Origin: Bacilli bacterium
GTDB lineage: Bacteria; Bacillota_I; Bacilli_A; ML615J-28; CAG-698
Length of the DNA stretch: 64,000 bases
Assembly: GCA_050953065.1 (NCBI GenBank)
Contig: JBMNLZ010000001.1
Span: 279,981-343,980, forward strand
Reading direction: 5' to 3'
Shown here piece by piece: positions 21,192 to 32,400 of this stretch (position 1 is the first letter of the stretch; every line of letters begins with the position of its first letter). The notes beneath the pieces were generated by a model. The model had not been told where the DNA came from, did not search any database, and saw only the letters and a list, made by a program, of their open reading frames with translations. The position numbers and the translations under genes are program-made.

Positions 21192-22625
21192 TTAAAGCCA
21201 AGTTAAACTTTGTTTTAATCTATTAATCGATTCTTCTTTTCCTAAAATATCAGCCATTTCAACAGATCCACCTGGTGTAACTAAAGATGCAGTTAAAGCA
21301 ATTCTTAACGCAGTATAAACAGCACCTGTTTTATACTGCAACTTAAGAGCAGTATCTGTAATCACTTTATGTAAATTTTCTTCATTCCATTCTTTAAGAT
21401 TTTTAAATTTATCAATTGATTCAATAATAATTGCTTTTGCTACAGTTGGATTTAATTTCATTTTAGGAATATCATACCAAGATGGATCAATTTGTGAAAA
21501 CTCATTAATAAATTTTACTTTTTCATCTATTTCACTAAATATTTCTATTCTATTTTTTAATAAAACAGCAAACTTTCTATAATCATACTTGCCTTTAATA
21601 CTTGATGACTCAAAATAAGGAAGAGCAAGATTATAAAACTTTTCAAAATCCATTTCTTTTATATATTCGCCATTAAGCCACTTCATTTTATTTTCATCAA
21701 ATATACTACTTGATTTACTTAATCTATTAATACTAAAACTTTCAATTAATTCAGATAAAGTGAATTTCTCTTTGTTTTCTTCAGGACTCCAGCCTAATAA
21801 AGAAATATAATTAATAATAGCTTCAGGCAAATATCCTTTTTTTACAAAATCATCAAAGTTGGCATCACCATATCTTTTACTTAATTTTCTAGTTTCATCT
21901 TTCATTATCGGAGTTAAATGAATATATTTTGGAATTTCCCAGCCAAAAGCTTTATATAATAAATTATATTTAGGCGTGCTACTTAAATATTCATTTCCTC
22001 TTATTACATGAGTAATCCCCATTAAATGATCATCTACTACATTAGCAAAATTATAAGTAGGCATTCCATCTGATTTAAGTAATATATTATCTTCTAATTC
22101 ATTATTAGGAATACTTATTAATCCAAACACCATATCAGTAAATTCACTGATTCCTTCAGTTGGCATATTTTGTCTAATTACATATTTCTCGCCTTTAGAA
22201 AGTTTTTCTTTTACTTCTTCTTCAGTTAATTTCAAACAATGTTTATCATATTTTTTAATTCCTGATGCATCAGCTAGTGAATCTAATCTTTCTTTTGAAC
22301 AAAAACAATAATAAGCAGCTTTCTTTTCAATTAAAATCTTAGCATATTTATCATAAATTTCTTTTCTTTCACTTTGAATATAAGGTCCAAAATCTCCACC
22401 TTCATTAGGTCCTTCATCAAATTCAATGCCTGCAGTTTTCAATGTATTATATATTACTTCAACTGCTCCAGGAACATAACGTTCTAAATCTGTATCTTCA
22501 ATTCTTAAAATAAATTGTCCATTATTTTGTTTAGCAAATAAGTATGCATATAAAGCAGATCTTAAGTTGCCAACATGCATAAACCCAGTTGGACTAGGCG
22601 CAAATCTCGTTCTTACTTTTTCCAT
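21192..22625 (-). CDS. gltX: Glutamate--tRNA ligase
   Basis: RFAPSPTG, HVGN, LRIEDTD, KLSKR. Confidence 0.96.
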   Translation of the reverse strand: MEKVRTRFAPSPTGFMHVGNLRSALYAYLFAKQNNGQFILRIEDTDLERYVPGAVEVIYNTLKTAGIEFDEGPNEGGDFGPYIQSERKEIYDKYAKILIEKKAAYYCFCSKERLDSLADASGIKKYDKHCLKLTEEEVKEKLSKGEKYVIRQNMPTEGISEFTDMVFGLISIPNNELEDNILLKSDGMPTYNFANVVDDHLMGITHVIRGNEYLSSTPKYNLLYKAFGWEIPKYIHLTPIMKDETRKLSKRYGDANFDDFVKKGYLPEAIINYISLLGWSPEENKEKFTLSELIESFSINRLSKSSSIFDENKMKWLNGEYIKEMDFEKFYNLALPYFESSSIKGKYDYRKFAVLLKNRIEIFSEIDEKVKFINEFSQIDPSWYDIPKMKLNPTVAKAIIIESIDKFKNLKEWNEENLHKVITDTALKLQYKTGAVYTALRIALTASLVTPGGSVEMADILGKEESINRLKQSLTWL

Positions 22626-22660
22626 ATATTCTCCTTTATGCTTGAAAAAATCTCTTATTT

Positions 22661-24397
22661 CTAAGAGATTTTAAAGCTTTTGAACTTTTTAACTTTACTC
22701 TTTTGATTCAGTTGATTGTATAGAGAATTTTTATTTTTCTCTAGTTCTCCAATTTCGCCGTATTCAGAAATTTTTCCATTTTCTAATATAATAAGTTTAT
22801 CACATTGATTTAATTGTGATATGTTATTAGATAAAATTATAAATATCTTATTTTTTAATTTTAATACTTCATCTATTATTTTTTCATTTTCTGGTAAGTC
22901 ACAAGCATTATCTAAAAGTATAATTTTACTATCTTTATAAAGACCGTTTGCTAAAACTATTCTTTGTTTAATAATTGGATCTAAATTTTCATCAATTACA
23001 GTATCACCAGCATCTGGCAAGTTTAATACATAATCTTTTAAACCACTTCTATTTAACGCATCATTATATTTATAATCATCAAATTCATAAGGGAAAATGA
23101 TATTATTAATAATTGATGTTCTGAAGATTTCACTTTCAGTTGTAACTGAAGCCATAATATCTCTTAAATAAAATGTATTAATTTTAGTAATATCACAATT
23201 GTTAATCAAAATAGAACCACTTCTTGGAACAGCTAATTTAGTAAGCAAATTAAATATCGTTGTTTTTCCACTTAATGAATCACCATAGATACCTAGTTTT
23301 TGGCCTTTTTGTATTTCAAAATTAATATTTTGAAGTTTGAAATCCTTATTTAAATAATGAAAATACACATCTTTAAATTTAATACTATAAATTTCATCAA
23401 GTGATTCGATATTTTCAAATTTACTTTCAGATTTAAAGGCGAAGATTTCATCTAAATTTGTAATAGATGTAGCAATTACAGCTGGTGAGATTCTTGTAGT
23501 AAGTAAATTTTTAAATGAAGTAAAAACTTTTGGAATTAAAAATATACATAAAACCAAACTACCAATTGTTAATTTTAATCCCACTGGATCTGCAATTACA
23601 ATCCAAACACCTATTGATATATTGATTGCTAAAACAAGCCCTACAAACAAATCACTTATATACTGTTTATTAATCTTATAAAACAAACTATTTTGTCTTT
23701 TCATTTTAGCATTTTTTTCATTCCAACTTTTAAAGTTCTCCTCTTCAAATTTAATACAATTTCTTAACTTTATAGTTTTAACCTTTTCTAAAGTTTCATT
23801 CATCAAAAATTGCCCTTGATTCATAACTTCTTTTACTTTAGGTTGACTTCTTTTATAAAGTTTTTGAAAAGCTTTTATTAAAGCATAATAAACTGGCAAT
23901 GTACAAAAAACAACTAAAGCTATTAAAGGATTAGAAATCAGTAATGCTATTAATAAGAAAATTAATGATATAGAATTACTAAAGAAATTCAAAACATTGT
24001 TAGTAATATAAGTATCACCAATTTTACTAGCATCGCTGTTCATTCTTTTAATAATTTCTTTAGAAGTCATTTTTTCAATTTCAAACAATTCAGCTCTTAA
24101 TACTGTTGAATATAAATTTTCTCTTAAATATTGAGTTACATAATTTCCTAAAATTATATTATTATTTTGATTAACACTATTTAAAATAAAAGATATAACA
24201 CTAGACAAAGAAAGCATTATGATCCAAAAAACTAATAAATCAAAATCTTTATTTGGAATAACATTATCAATAATAACTTTTATTATCCATAAACTAAAAA
24301 TTAAAAGCAAAGATGATAAGATAACCATTAAAACAAGAAATATTATTGAACGAAGTTTATTGCTAAACGCTTGCTTAATAAGATTTTTAGTATTCAT
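22661..24397 (-). CDS. ABC exporter subunit (TMD+NBD) with degenerate ATPase site
   Basis: 6-TM exporter domain and Walker A GDSLSGKTT; signature, Walker B Glu and H-switch are substituted. Confidence 0.85.
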   Translation of the reverse strand: MNTKNLIKQAFSNKLRSIIFLVLMVILSSLLLIFSLWIIKVIIDNVIPNKDFDLLVFWIIMLSLSSVISFILNSVNQNNNIILGNYVTQYLRENLYSTVLRAELFEIEKMTSKEIIKRMNSDASKIGDTYITNNVLNFFSNSISLIFLLIALLISNPLIALVVFCTLPVYYALIKAFQKLYKRSQPKVKEVMNQGQFLMNETLEKVKTIKLRNCIKFEEENFKSWNEKNAKMKRQNSLFYKINKQYISDLFVGLVLAINISIGVWIVIADPVGLKLTIGSLVLCIFLIPKVFTSFKNLLTTRISPAVIATSITNLDEIFAFKSESKFENIESLDEIYSIKFKDVYFHYLNKDFKLQNINFEIQKGQKLGIYGDSLSGKTTIFNLLTKLAVPRSGSILINNCDITKINTFYLRDIMASVTTESEIFRTSIINNIIFPYEFDDYKYNDALNRSGLKDYVLNLPDAGDTVIDENLDPIIKQRIVLANGLYKDSKIILLDNACDLPENEKIIDEVLKLKNKIFIILSNNISQLNQCDKLIILENGKISEYGEIGELEKNKNSLYNQLNQKSKVKKFKSFKIS

Positions 24398-24491
24398 ATA
24401 TGCCTCCTTTCATAACTAACTAAGTTTAACTTATTATACCATAAAGTATTAAAAAAAACTATATTTTATATGAATAATATTTTAAAAATAT

Positions 24492-24520
24492 TTGACTATT
24501 ATTAAAATTCAATGTATAAT
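24492..24520 (+). promoter_or_regulatory. Sigma-A promoter for the FMN riboswitch-ribU unit
   Basis: TTGACT-17 nt-TATAAT. Confidence 0.75.
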
Positions 24521-24529
24521 GACTTAAAG

Positions 24530-24640
24530 AAGTCTTCAGGGTGAGGTGTAATTCCTAACCGGCGGTAAAGTCCGCGAGCTGTAAAGCAGATTTGGTGTAA
24601 TTCCAAAACCGACAGTAAAGTCTGGATGAAAGAAGATTTT
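24530..24640 (+). ncRNA. FMN riboswitch (RFN element)
   Basis: tcttcAGGGtgaGGTGtAATTCCtaACCGGCGGTaaAGTCCGCGA...gGTGtAATTCCaaaACCGACAGTAAAGTCTGGATGaaAGAAGa matches the RFN consensus. Confidence 0.96.
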
Positions 24641-24660
24641 ATGCTTTTTTTGCATGCTTT

Positions 24661-24687
24661 CACCCTAGAATTTCTAGGGTGTTTTTA
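24661..24687 (+). terminator. Riboswitch-controlled terminator
   Basis: caccctagaa-t-ttctagggtg-ttttt between the aptamer and the GGAGG SD. Confidence 0.85.
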
Positions 24688-24704
24688 TATTCAAGGAGGA
24701 TTAT

Positions 24705-25820
24705 ATGATTTTAAAAATCGATTGGGCCATTTTTTTTAATAAAAACTTATCCAGTATAATCGCAGGAATTGGACTTTTTCTAGTTTTAATTGCTGTAATT
24801 TTAAATTTTTTTCAAAACAAATGTTCTAAAAAATCAAAAATTTCTTTAATAACTACCATTGTAATAGGAACTCTTCTAGTAATTACTGGTATTGTTACAA
24901 ATAAAAAATGGGCAGAAATCTTAGCATATTTGGGAGTAATTTTATCAATCTTAGGATTTATAGCTTTAATGGTAAATATTTTTAAAACTACAAGAGAAAA
25001 AATAAAAATTATCCTATCTATGGTTGTTTTATTGTTAGGTCTTTTTTCGTTAATTCTTGGTTTATTTAATATTGAAAAATACTTGCTTGTTTTAAGTGTC
25101 TTCGGTGTTCTTCTATTAATTTCATGCTTAATTAGTTATTTTATAATATACGATGAAAGAAAAGAAATCTCAAAATTTCAAACTAAAAATATAGCTGTGG
25201 TTGGTATTTTAGGAGCTTTAGGTGTTATATCTATGCTAATAGGTATTCCAATTATGCCTGTTCTGGGTTTTGATTTTCTAAAACTAGATTTTTGTTTAGT
25301 TGTTCTAGTATGTGTTTTATTACTTTTTGATTTTAAAACTGCTGTTGCTGTTGCTTTTGTTTCAAATTTAATAGATGGATTATTAAAACCTGGTGTAATT
25401 TATTTATTAGACCAAGGTATAAACTTTGTTGCTAGCACTCTATTTTTAATACCAATTTACTTCTTAGTTGCATACACTAAAAAAAGAATCAATTCAGAAA
25501 TAACACATAAAAACATTCTAACAATTTTATTTTGTGCAATTTCAACCATATCTACTACTATTCTTATGATATTTATTAATTATTTTGTTGTAATACCTAT
25601 TTATGATAATGCTACAGGTAACGCTATTTCAACTGGATTGTTGCAAATAAATAACAATAAATTCCTTGCTACAATCATGATTTTTGGTACTTTTAATATA
25701 ATAAAATGGACTTGTGTATCTATTGTTATTTCCCTTATTTATAATAGATTTATTAAATTTAAAAAATCTATTTGTTATGAAGAGTTATTAGCTGAAGAAC
25801 TTGAAAAAAGTATTCTTTAA
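24705..25820 (+). CDS. ribU: ECF riboflavin S-component (RibU-like) with extra N-terminal membrane domain
   Basis: C-terminal half has FLKLDF, NFVAS, NYFVVIPIY, FNIIK; lies downstream of the FMN riboswitch. Confidence 0.82.
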   Translation: MILKIDWAIFFNKNLSSIIAGIGLFLVLIAVILNFFQNKCSKKSKISLITTIVIGTLLVITGIVTNKKWAEILAYLGVILSILGFIALMVNIFKTTREKIKIILSMVVLLLGLFSLILGLFNIEKYLLVLSVFGVLLLISCLISYFIIYDERKEISKFQTKNIAVVGILGALGVISMLIGIPIMPVLGFDFLKLDFCLVVLVCVLLLFDFKTAVAVAFVSNLIDGLLKPGVIYLLDQGINFVASTLFLIPIYFLVAYTKKRINSEITHKNILTILFCAISTISTTILMIFINYFVVIPIYDNATGNAISTGLLQINNNKFLATIMIFGTFNIIKWTCVSIVISLIYNRFIKFKKSICYEELLAEELEKSIL

Positions 25821-25859
25821 ATCTTGTTAGTAACCGCTTTAATGTGATATACTAATATT

Positions 25860-26621
25860 ATGAAAAAAAGAATTTGGGAATTAGATTTTTTAAGATCACT
25901 TGCTTTTATATTAATGGTTTTTGATCACTTCACTTTTGATTTAGCAATCCTTGAAACTACTATCTGGTGGGAATATGATCCACATTTTCTAACTGGTTTA
26001 TGCAACTTTGCTATAACATACAGAGATAGTGACTTTTCAATGTTTATTAGAATTGCTTTTATTTCTGGAGTTTTTATCTTTATATCAGGAATTTGCGGAA
26101 ATCTATCTAGAAACAATTTCAAAAGAGGTATCAAATTAGGTATAATTGCTATTTTATTAACTGTTATTACATTTATATTTAGCAAAATATCTGGAATAGA
26201 TATTACTATATGGTTTGGAATTTTACATCTTTTAAGTGTTGGAATGTTATTAACTCCATTATTTATGAAAATACCTAAAATAGCAAATATTATAATAGCT
26301 GTTGTTATAACTGGTTTAGGGATATTCTTTGGAACTATTGTAGCTTATGAAAATATTCCAAAAATATTAATGATTTTCAATTTTAAAACAGTTTCATCAG
26401 CTGACTATTATCCGATTTTTCCTTTTCTTGGAATTTATATAATAGGATTATTAGTAGGAAGTATTGTTTATAAAAATAAAGAATCACTTTTCCCTAACAC
26501 AGAAACAAAGTATATATCACCACTTCTTTTTATTGGTAGACATAGTTTAATTTTCTATTTTGTACACCAAATAATATTGTTTGTTATTATATACGCTTTA
26601 GGATTATTATTTATAATATAA
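25860..26621 (+). CDS. DUF1624 / HGSNAT-domain membrane protein
   Basis: RIWELDFLRS, FGILHL, DYYPIFP, GRHSLIFYFVHQ. Confidence 0.85.
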   Translation: MKKRIWELDFLRSLAFILMVFDHFTFDLAILETTIWWEYDPHFLTGLCNFAITYRDSDFSMFIRIAFISGVFIFISGICGNLSRNNFKRGIKLGIIAILLTVITFIFSKISGIDITIWFGILHLLSVGMLLTPLFMKIPKIANIIIAVVITGLGIFFGTIVAYENIPKILMIFNFKTVSSADYYPIFPFLGIYIIGLLVGSIVYKNKESLFPNTETKYISPLLFIGRHSLIFYFVHQIILFVIIYALGLLFII

Positions 26622-26631
26622 AAACTCTATT

Positions 26632-27876
26632 TTATGAAATAGAGTTTTTATTTTCTTCTAAATATTTTATTATACTTTTTTTATTATTTTTTAATTCATT
26701 ACTAATAACTTTATCAAGAAGTTTTTCTTTTACTGTTTGAATCTCTCTTTTTTTATAACCTATTTCTTTTAAATCATTACCATCTATCTTAAGAGAATCC
26801 ATTGAATAACATATTTTTTTTCTTTCAATCTTTTTTATAGTTTTTAAAATTTTATTTAAAAATATAACGTCTTCAAGTTTTTCGGAAAAATAATATTTAG
26901 ATTTAATAATTTTATTTAATATATTATAGCCATATTTATTCAATAGTTTTTTTAATGTTATTTCATCATTATCAATCTTTATAAATATATTTTCCATTAT
27001 TAATAAAATTTCATAAATATTTTTTTTAGAAAAACAAAGTTCTTTTAATTTTTCCTCTACTCTATTTAAATCATTTTTTTGATAACCAAACATCAAATTT
27101 AAAAAGATTGCTATTCTAATTATATAATCATCTGCTTCTTTTAACTTTTCTTTATTAACACTTTTTATATTTTCTAAAAAATCATCTACGTTTATATCTT
27201 GAATACCATTAAATATAAATGCGAATATTTCAAAATATTCTTCTACAACTTTAGAATAATCACCAAATGTTAACATTTTAATCAATTCATCTCTAACTCT
27301 TTCTTTTGAAATGTTTTTAACCAAATGGTAATTATTAAGAATTCCTTTTTTTGTTTCTTCTTCGATTTTAAAATCTAGGTTTACTGAAAATCTTAAAGCT
27401 CTCATAATTCTTAAAGCATCTTCTTCAAACCTTGAATTTGAATTACCTACAGTTTTAATATTTTTTTGATTGATATCATTTAGCCCATTAAAATAATCAA
27501 TGAATTCTTTATTATAAGCTATGGCATTCATTGTAAAATCTCTTCTACTTAAGTCTTCTTTTAAGTCTTTTAAAAACTCTACTTTATCTGGATGGCGATT
27601 ATCTGAATAGTTATTTTCTATTCTATAGGTAGTTACTTGGACTTCGTTTTTATTAATATAAATAGAGATTGTACCATGTTTTTCCCCATAATTAAACAAT
27701 TTATATTTTTTAAATATTTCCTTAATCTCACTAGGTAAAGCAGAGGTTGTTAAATCATAGTCAATGGGTTTTTTACCCATTAAAAAATCCCTACAAGCGC
27801 CACCTACAATATATGCTTCATGATTATTATTTTCAATTTTTTTAATTATTTTTTTTATATATCCTGGAACTTTCAT
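26632..27876 (-). CDS. cca: CCA tRNA nucleotidyltransferase
   Basis: VGGACRD, DYD, RRDFTMNA, EDALRIMRALRF, SKERV. Confidence 0.9.
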   Translation of the reverse strand: MKVPGYIKKIIKKIENNNHEAYIVGGACRDFLMGKKPIDYDLTTSALPSEIKEIFKKYKLFNYGEKHGTISIYINKNEVQVTTYRIENNYSDNRHPDKVEFLKDLKEDLSRRDFTMNAIAYNKEFIDYFNGLNDINQKNIKTVGNSNSRFEEDALRIMRALRFSVNLDFKIEEETKKGILNNYHLVKNISKERVRDELIKMLTFGDYSKVVEEYFEIFAFIFNGIQDINVDDFLENIKSVNKEKLKEADDYIIRIAIFLNLMFGYQKNDLNRVEEKLKELCFSKKNIYEILLIMENIFIKIDNDEITLKKLLNKYGYNILNKIIKSKYYFSEKLEDVIFLNKILKTIKKIERKKICYSMDSLKIDGNDLKEIGYKKREIQTVKEKLLDKVISNELKNNKKSIIKYLEENKNSIS

Positions 27877-27952
27877 TTTATACCTCTATTTAATTATATC
27901 ATAACTTAATTAATAATTAATATATATTTTAAAAGAGAAATTATTTTTTTTA

Positions 27953-27981
27953 TTGATTTATAAGGAAATATTTGTTATAAT
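27953..27981 (+). promoter_or_regulatory. Promoter of tRNA-Gly
   Basis: TTGATT-17 nt-TATAAT with extended TGn. Confidence 0.7.
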
Positions 27982-27992
27982 GTTAATACATT

Positions 27993-28067
27993 GCAGGTAT
28001 AGTATAAAGGCTATTATGCCGCCTTGCCATGGCGAAGATGCGAGTTCGATTCTCGTTACCTGCTCCA
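27993..28067 (+). tRNA. tRNA-Gly(GCC)
   Basis: Acceptor GCAGGTA/TACCTGC, anticodon loop TTGCCAT, GTTCGA T-loop, U73, encoded CCA. Confidence 0.95.
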
Positions 28068-28102
28068 AAGCATATAAGTTTATCATTGATAACTTTTTTA
28101 TT

Positions 28103-28142
28103 AAAAAATCTCTAAATGAAAATTTAGAGATTTTTATTTTTT
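28103..28142. terminator. Bidirectional terminator
   Basis: aaaaaatctctaaat-gaaa-atttagagattttt. Confidence 0.8.
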
Positions 28143-28162
28143 AAAATAATATTATATTTCTA

Positions 28163-29242
28163 TTATCCGGTATAGCCCCAAACAACTGGTCTATTATCAG
28201 GATTCCAATTGCTATCCCAGCCACTTGGTTGACTAGTAGCTTTTGCATTTATACTTAAATTAGCACAATCCCAAAAAACATAATTTCCCATAGTTTCTAC
28301 CTGTTTTGGAATAATGATTGTTTCTAAACTACTACAATTAGTAAATGCGTACATTGCTATACTAGTAACAGTGTCTGGAATCACTACACTTGTTAGACTA
28401 TTGCACCCCCTAAATAAAGCAAATTCTATATTTGTTATACCTTCTGGAAGCGTTATACTTTCTATACTACTACATCCATAAAAAGCGCTAGTTCCAATAC
28501 TAGTAACTCCTGATGGAATTGTAATGCTAGTTAAATTAGCACAATTATAAAATAAAGAATTTCCTAAACTTTTAATATTATCTGAAAGTGTAACACTTTC
28601 TAATCTTTTACAAAGTTTAAAAACATTAGTTCCAAGTGTAGTAACACTATTAGGAAGTGTAACACTAGTTAAATTAACACAACCATCAAAGGCATAGTCT
28701 TCTATACTAGTAACAGTGTTTGGAATAGTAATACTAGATAAACTTTCACATTGATTAAACGCAAAACTTCTTATACTTGTAACCCCTTCTGGAATTTCAA
28801 TACTAGTAAGACTAGCACATCCAATAAATAATCCAATTTCAATAGTATCAATAGTATTAGGAAGTGTAACTGTTGTTAAACCCATGCAAGAATTAAAAAC
28901 ATATCTGCTTATTTTCCCTACTCCATTTTCAATATTAACAGTTTTTAATTTAGCACAAAAATCAAAAGCATACTCACCTATACTCACAACACTTGAAGGA
29001 ATTTTAATGCTTGTTAATTTAGATTCAGCAAACGCTCTTGCTGCTATACCTGTGACACTAATGTTCTCATAGCTTGAAGGGATTTTAATTCTTCCACTTT
29101 CACCAGTATAACCAACCACCTCATAAGTTTCATCTTCTTTTAATTTAAAAACAACACCTTCATAACCTTCTTCTTCTTCAAAACACGATGTCAACAATAG
29201 CAGTGCAAAAACTATTATTAAAATATTAAATATTTTTTTCAT
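28163..29242 (-). CDS. BspA-type leucine-rich repeat (LRR_5) lipoprotein, single module
   Basis: Lipobox LTSC; repeats of LTSITIPxxVTSIGxxAFxxC; ends WNPDNRPVVWGYTG. Confidence 0.92.
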   Translation of the reverse strand: MKKIFNILIIVFALLLLTSCFEEEEGYEGVVFKLKEDETYEVVGYTGESGRIKIPSSYENISVTGIAARAFAESKLTSIKIPSSVVSIGEYAFDFCAKLKTVNIENGVGKISRYVFNSCMGLTTVTLPNTIDTIEIGLFIGCASLTSIEIPEGVTSIRSFAFNQCESLSSITIPNTVTSIEDYAFDGCVNLTSVTLPNSVTTLGTNVFKLCKRLESVTLSDNIKSLGNSLFYNCANLTSITIPSGVTSIGTSAFYGCSSIESITLPEGITNIEFALFRGCNSLTSVVIPDTVTSIAMYAFTNCSSLETIIIPKQVETMGNYVFWDCANLSINAKATSQPSGWDSNWNPDNRPVVWGYTG

Positions 29243-29333
29243 TTTCCTACACTCTCTTTCTCTTATCTAATCTTTCATAAAAAGATCTCTTTATAATATT
29301 ATATAACAAAAAACAAAATCTAACAAGATAATT

Positions 29334-29378
29334 AGAAAAAGTCTCTAAATATTTATTATTTCAGAGACTTTTCTTTTT
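29334..29378 (-). terminator. Intrinsic terminator
   Basis: aaagtctct...agagacttt flanked by A/T runs. Confidence 0.7.
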
Positions 29379-29419
29379 TTATTTTACTTTATTAAGTTAT
29401 AAAACTAAAACATTAATTA

Positions 29420-32400
29420 TTACCCAGTATATCCCCAAACTACCGGTCTATTATCAGGATTCCAATTAGCATTCCAAGTAGTTGGTCGATCTGTTGCTTC
29501 AGCATAAATTGTTAAATTTGTACAACCAGCAAAAACTCCACTAAACATGTTGGTAACATTTGCTGGAATTATAATGCTTGCTAAACCTGTACATCCAGAA
29601 AATGCATAATCACCTATAGTTGTAATATTTGTTGAAATTGTAATGCTTGTTAGAATTGTACAATTAGCAAAAGCACTTGAAGCTATAGTTGTAACAGGAT
29701 ATGTTTCTATTGTAGAAGGTATTGTTACAGCACCGGAAACACCTGTATAACCAGTTATTACTACACTATAAGTAGAATCTATTAGAGAAACTCCATACTC
29801 TATTCCACTAGCAGTAACATCATTACTTACATACCCCCAAACAATTGGTCTATTGTCTACATTCCAAAGACTCTCCCAGCCTGCTGGTTTACTTTCTGCT
29901 TTAGCATATATCGTTAAACTACTACATCCGTAAAAAGCACGATAACCTATACTTGTAACACTTGTTGGAATTGTTATGCTTGCAAGTTTTGAACAGTTAT
30001 AAAAGACATGCTGACCAATACTTGTAACACTTGTAGGGATTGTGATACTTGTAAGATTTGCACATTCACTAAATGACGAACTGTTTATTGTTGTAACAGT
30101 TGAAGGAATTATAACGCTTGTTAGGCTATTACAAAATCTAAAGCAATCAAAGCCTATACTTAGTAATCCTTCTGTCATTATTACGCTTGATAAACTTGAA
30201 CAAGATTCAAAAGCAGAACGACCAATACTTGTGATGCTTGAAGGAATTGTGATACTTATTAAATTAGTACAATTAGCAAAAGCCCAATTACCTATCGTTT
30301 TAACAGAATAGTTTTCTATTATACTTGGTATTTCCACTTCAGTAGAAACGCCTTCATAAGTAGTTATTATTACACTATATGTAGAATTAACTTTAGAAAT
30401 TCCATATTCTAATCCACCAGCAGTAACTCCATGACTAATATATCCCCAGACAACTGCATTGTGTCCCGAATCCCAAGATTCATGCCAATTTGTTGGTTTT
30501 TCTTCTGCTACAACATAAATAGGCATACCAGGACAATCCCAAAAAACAGAATGATCCATATGTGTTACACTATTTGGAATTATTACCCTTTCTAGTCTTG
30601 TACATCCTTTGAATGCACCATAGTCGATTGTAGTAACAGTATTTGGAATTGTAACAGTTGTTATGAAATAACAACTTTCAAATGCAGTTTCACCTATGCT
30701 TAATAATCCTTCTGGAAGTGGCATGCTTGTTAAACCACTACAACCTGCAAATGCTCTTCTACCTATACTTGTAATACTTGGCATTGTAATACTTGTTAAA
30801 CCACAGTTAAAGAAAGTGTAGTCTTCTATACTTGTAACTCCAGTTGGAATTGTGACACCTGTTAAACTACAACAATTATAAAAAGCATATGAACCTATAC
30901 TAGTAACTGTATCAGGAATTGTTACTCCTGTTATATTACAATTTCTAAAAGCAGAATTAGTTATGCTTTTAACATTAAATCCAGCAATTGTTTCTGGTAT
31001 TAAAACTGTAGTCGCCCCACCTACATAACCATATATTGCTACACTGTAGTTAGAATTTATTAATATAATTCCATATTTTAAACCATTATTAGTAACTCCA
31101 CTAGCAACATAACCAAAAACAACTGGTCTATTATCTACATTCCAATTTATATGCCATCCTAATGTTTTAGCATTTGATCTAGCAAAAATTGTTAAACTAC
31201 TACAACCTTTAAATGCATTTGCTCCTATTGTAACAACACTTGAAGGAATTGTAATGCTTGTTAAAGTGTCACAATCTTCAAAAGCAGATGCAGCTATACT
31301 AGTAATTGCTTTACCTAAATATTTTTCTGCAATATATACATCTAAAGATTCCCCAGCATAACCAGTAACCTCATATGTATCATCTTCTTTTAATGTGAAA
31401 GCTAGTCCTTCTGTTGAAGCATTTTCTTCCCATTTAGCAAATAGTGTATAACTCGCTAAAACTCCCATTGTATAACTTGCTTCATCTAAATATTCTACAC
31501 TTCCACCTTGAGTTGTACTCCAACCAATAAAGCTATAACCTGGTTTAACAAATGTATTTTCAGGAAGGTAGATAGAATCATCTGTTTTTACCAACACATT
31601 ACTCATTTGACCTAAGCCGCTATTAGCATTAAATGATAAAGTATTTTGATTAGCTTCCCATTTAGCAAAAAGCGTATAATTTTCTAAAACTCCCATCGTA
31701 TATTTTGCTTCATCAAGATATTCTACATTACCATTTTCAGTTGTAGCCCAACCTATAAAAGTATAACCAGCTTTAGTAAATGTATTTTTTGGAAGATAGA
31801 TATAATTATCTGTTTTAATTTGCACACTATTCATTTCACCTGTTCCAGTATTAGCATTAAACGATAATGTGTTTTGTTTAGCTTCCCATTTAGCAAAAAG
31901 CGTATAATTATCTAAAACACTAATTGTATAATTAGCTTCATCAAGATATTCTACATTTCCAGTTTCAGTTGTAGCCCAACCTATAAATGTATAACCAGCT
32001 TTAGTAAATGTATTTTTTGGAAGTTTTATAGTTTGTTTTACATCTATTGTAATACCTCCCATTTCTCCTGTTCCACCATTTGAATCAAAAGAAATTACAT
32101 ATCCTTGCCTTCTACTAATTACTGCTTTATATATAGCACTTTCACTACCCTTTGTAACTTTGATATATGCAGTATTATCCCCGACTGCAAGTTCTATTGA
32201 TTTTGAAACAATTTTATTTGTTGCTTCTATATCACTGTATAATTCCCAAGTTGCTAAAGGATGAACTATAATATAATTAATAAATGAGAATGTTGTAGTA
32301 AAATGTGAGACTTCAAAAGATAAATTTGTTCCATCAATTTCAAATTCTTTTGCAAAAAGTATATAGTCCCAAATAACTGGCCTTGTACTAGAATTCCAAT

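Noticed and set aside
27953-28144. 63-aa ORF
   Set aside because: Overlaps tRNA-Gly and its promoter and terminator.
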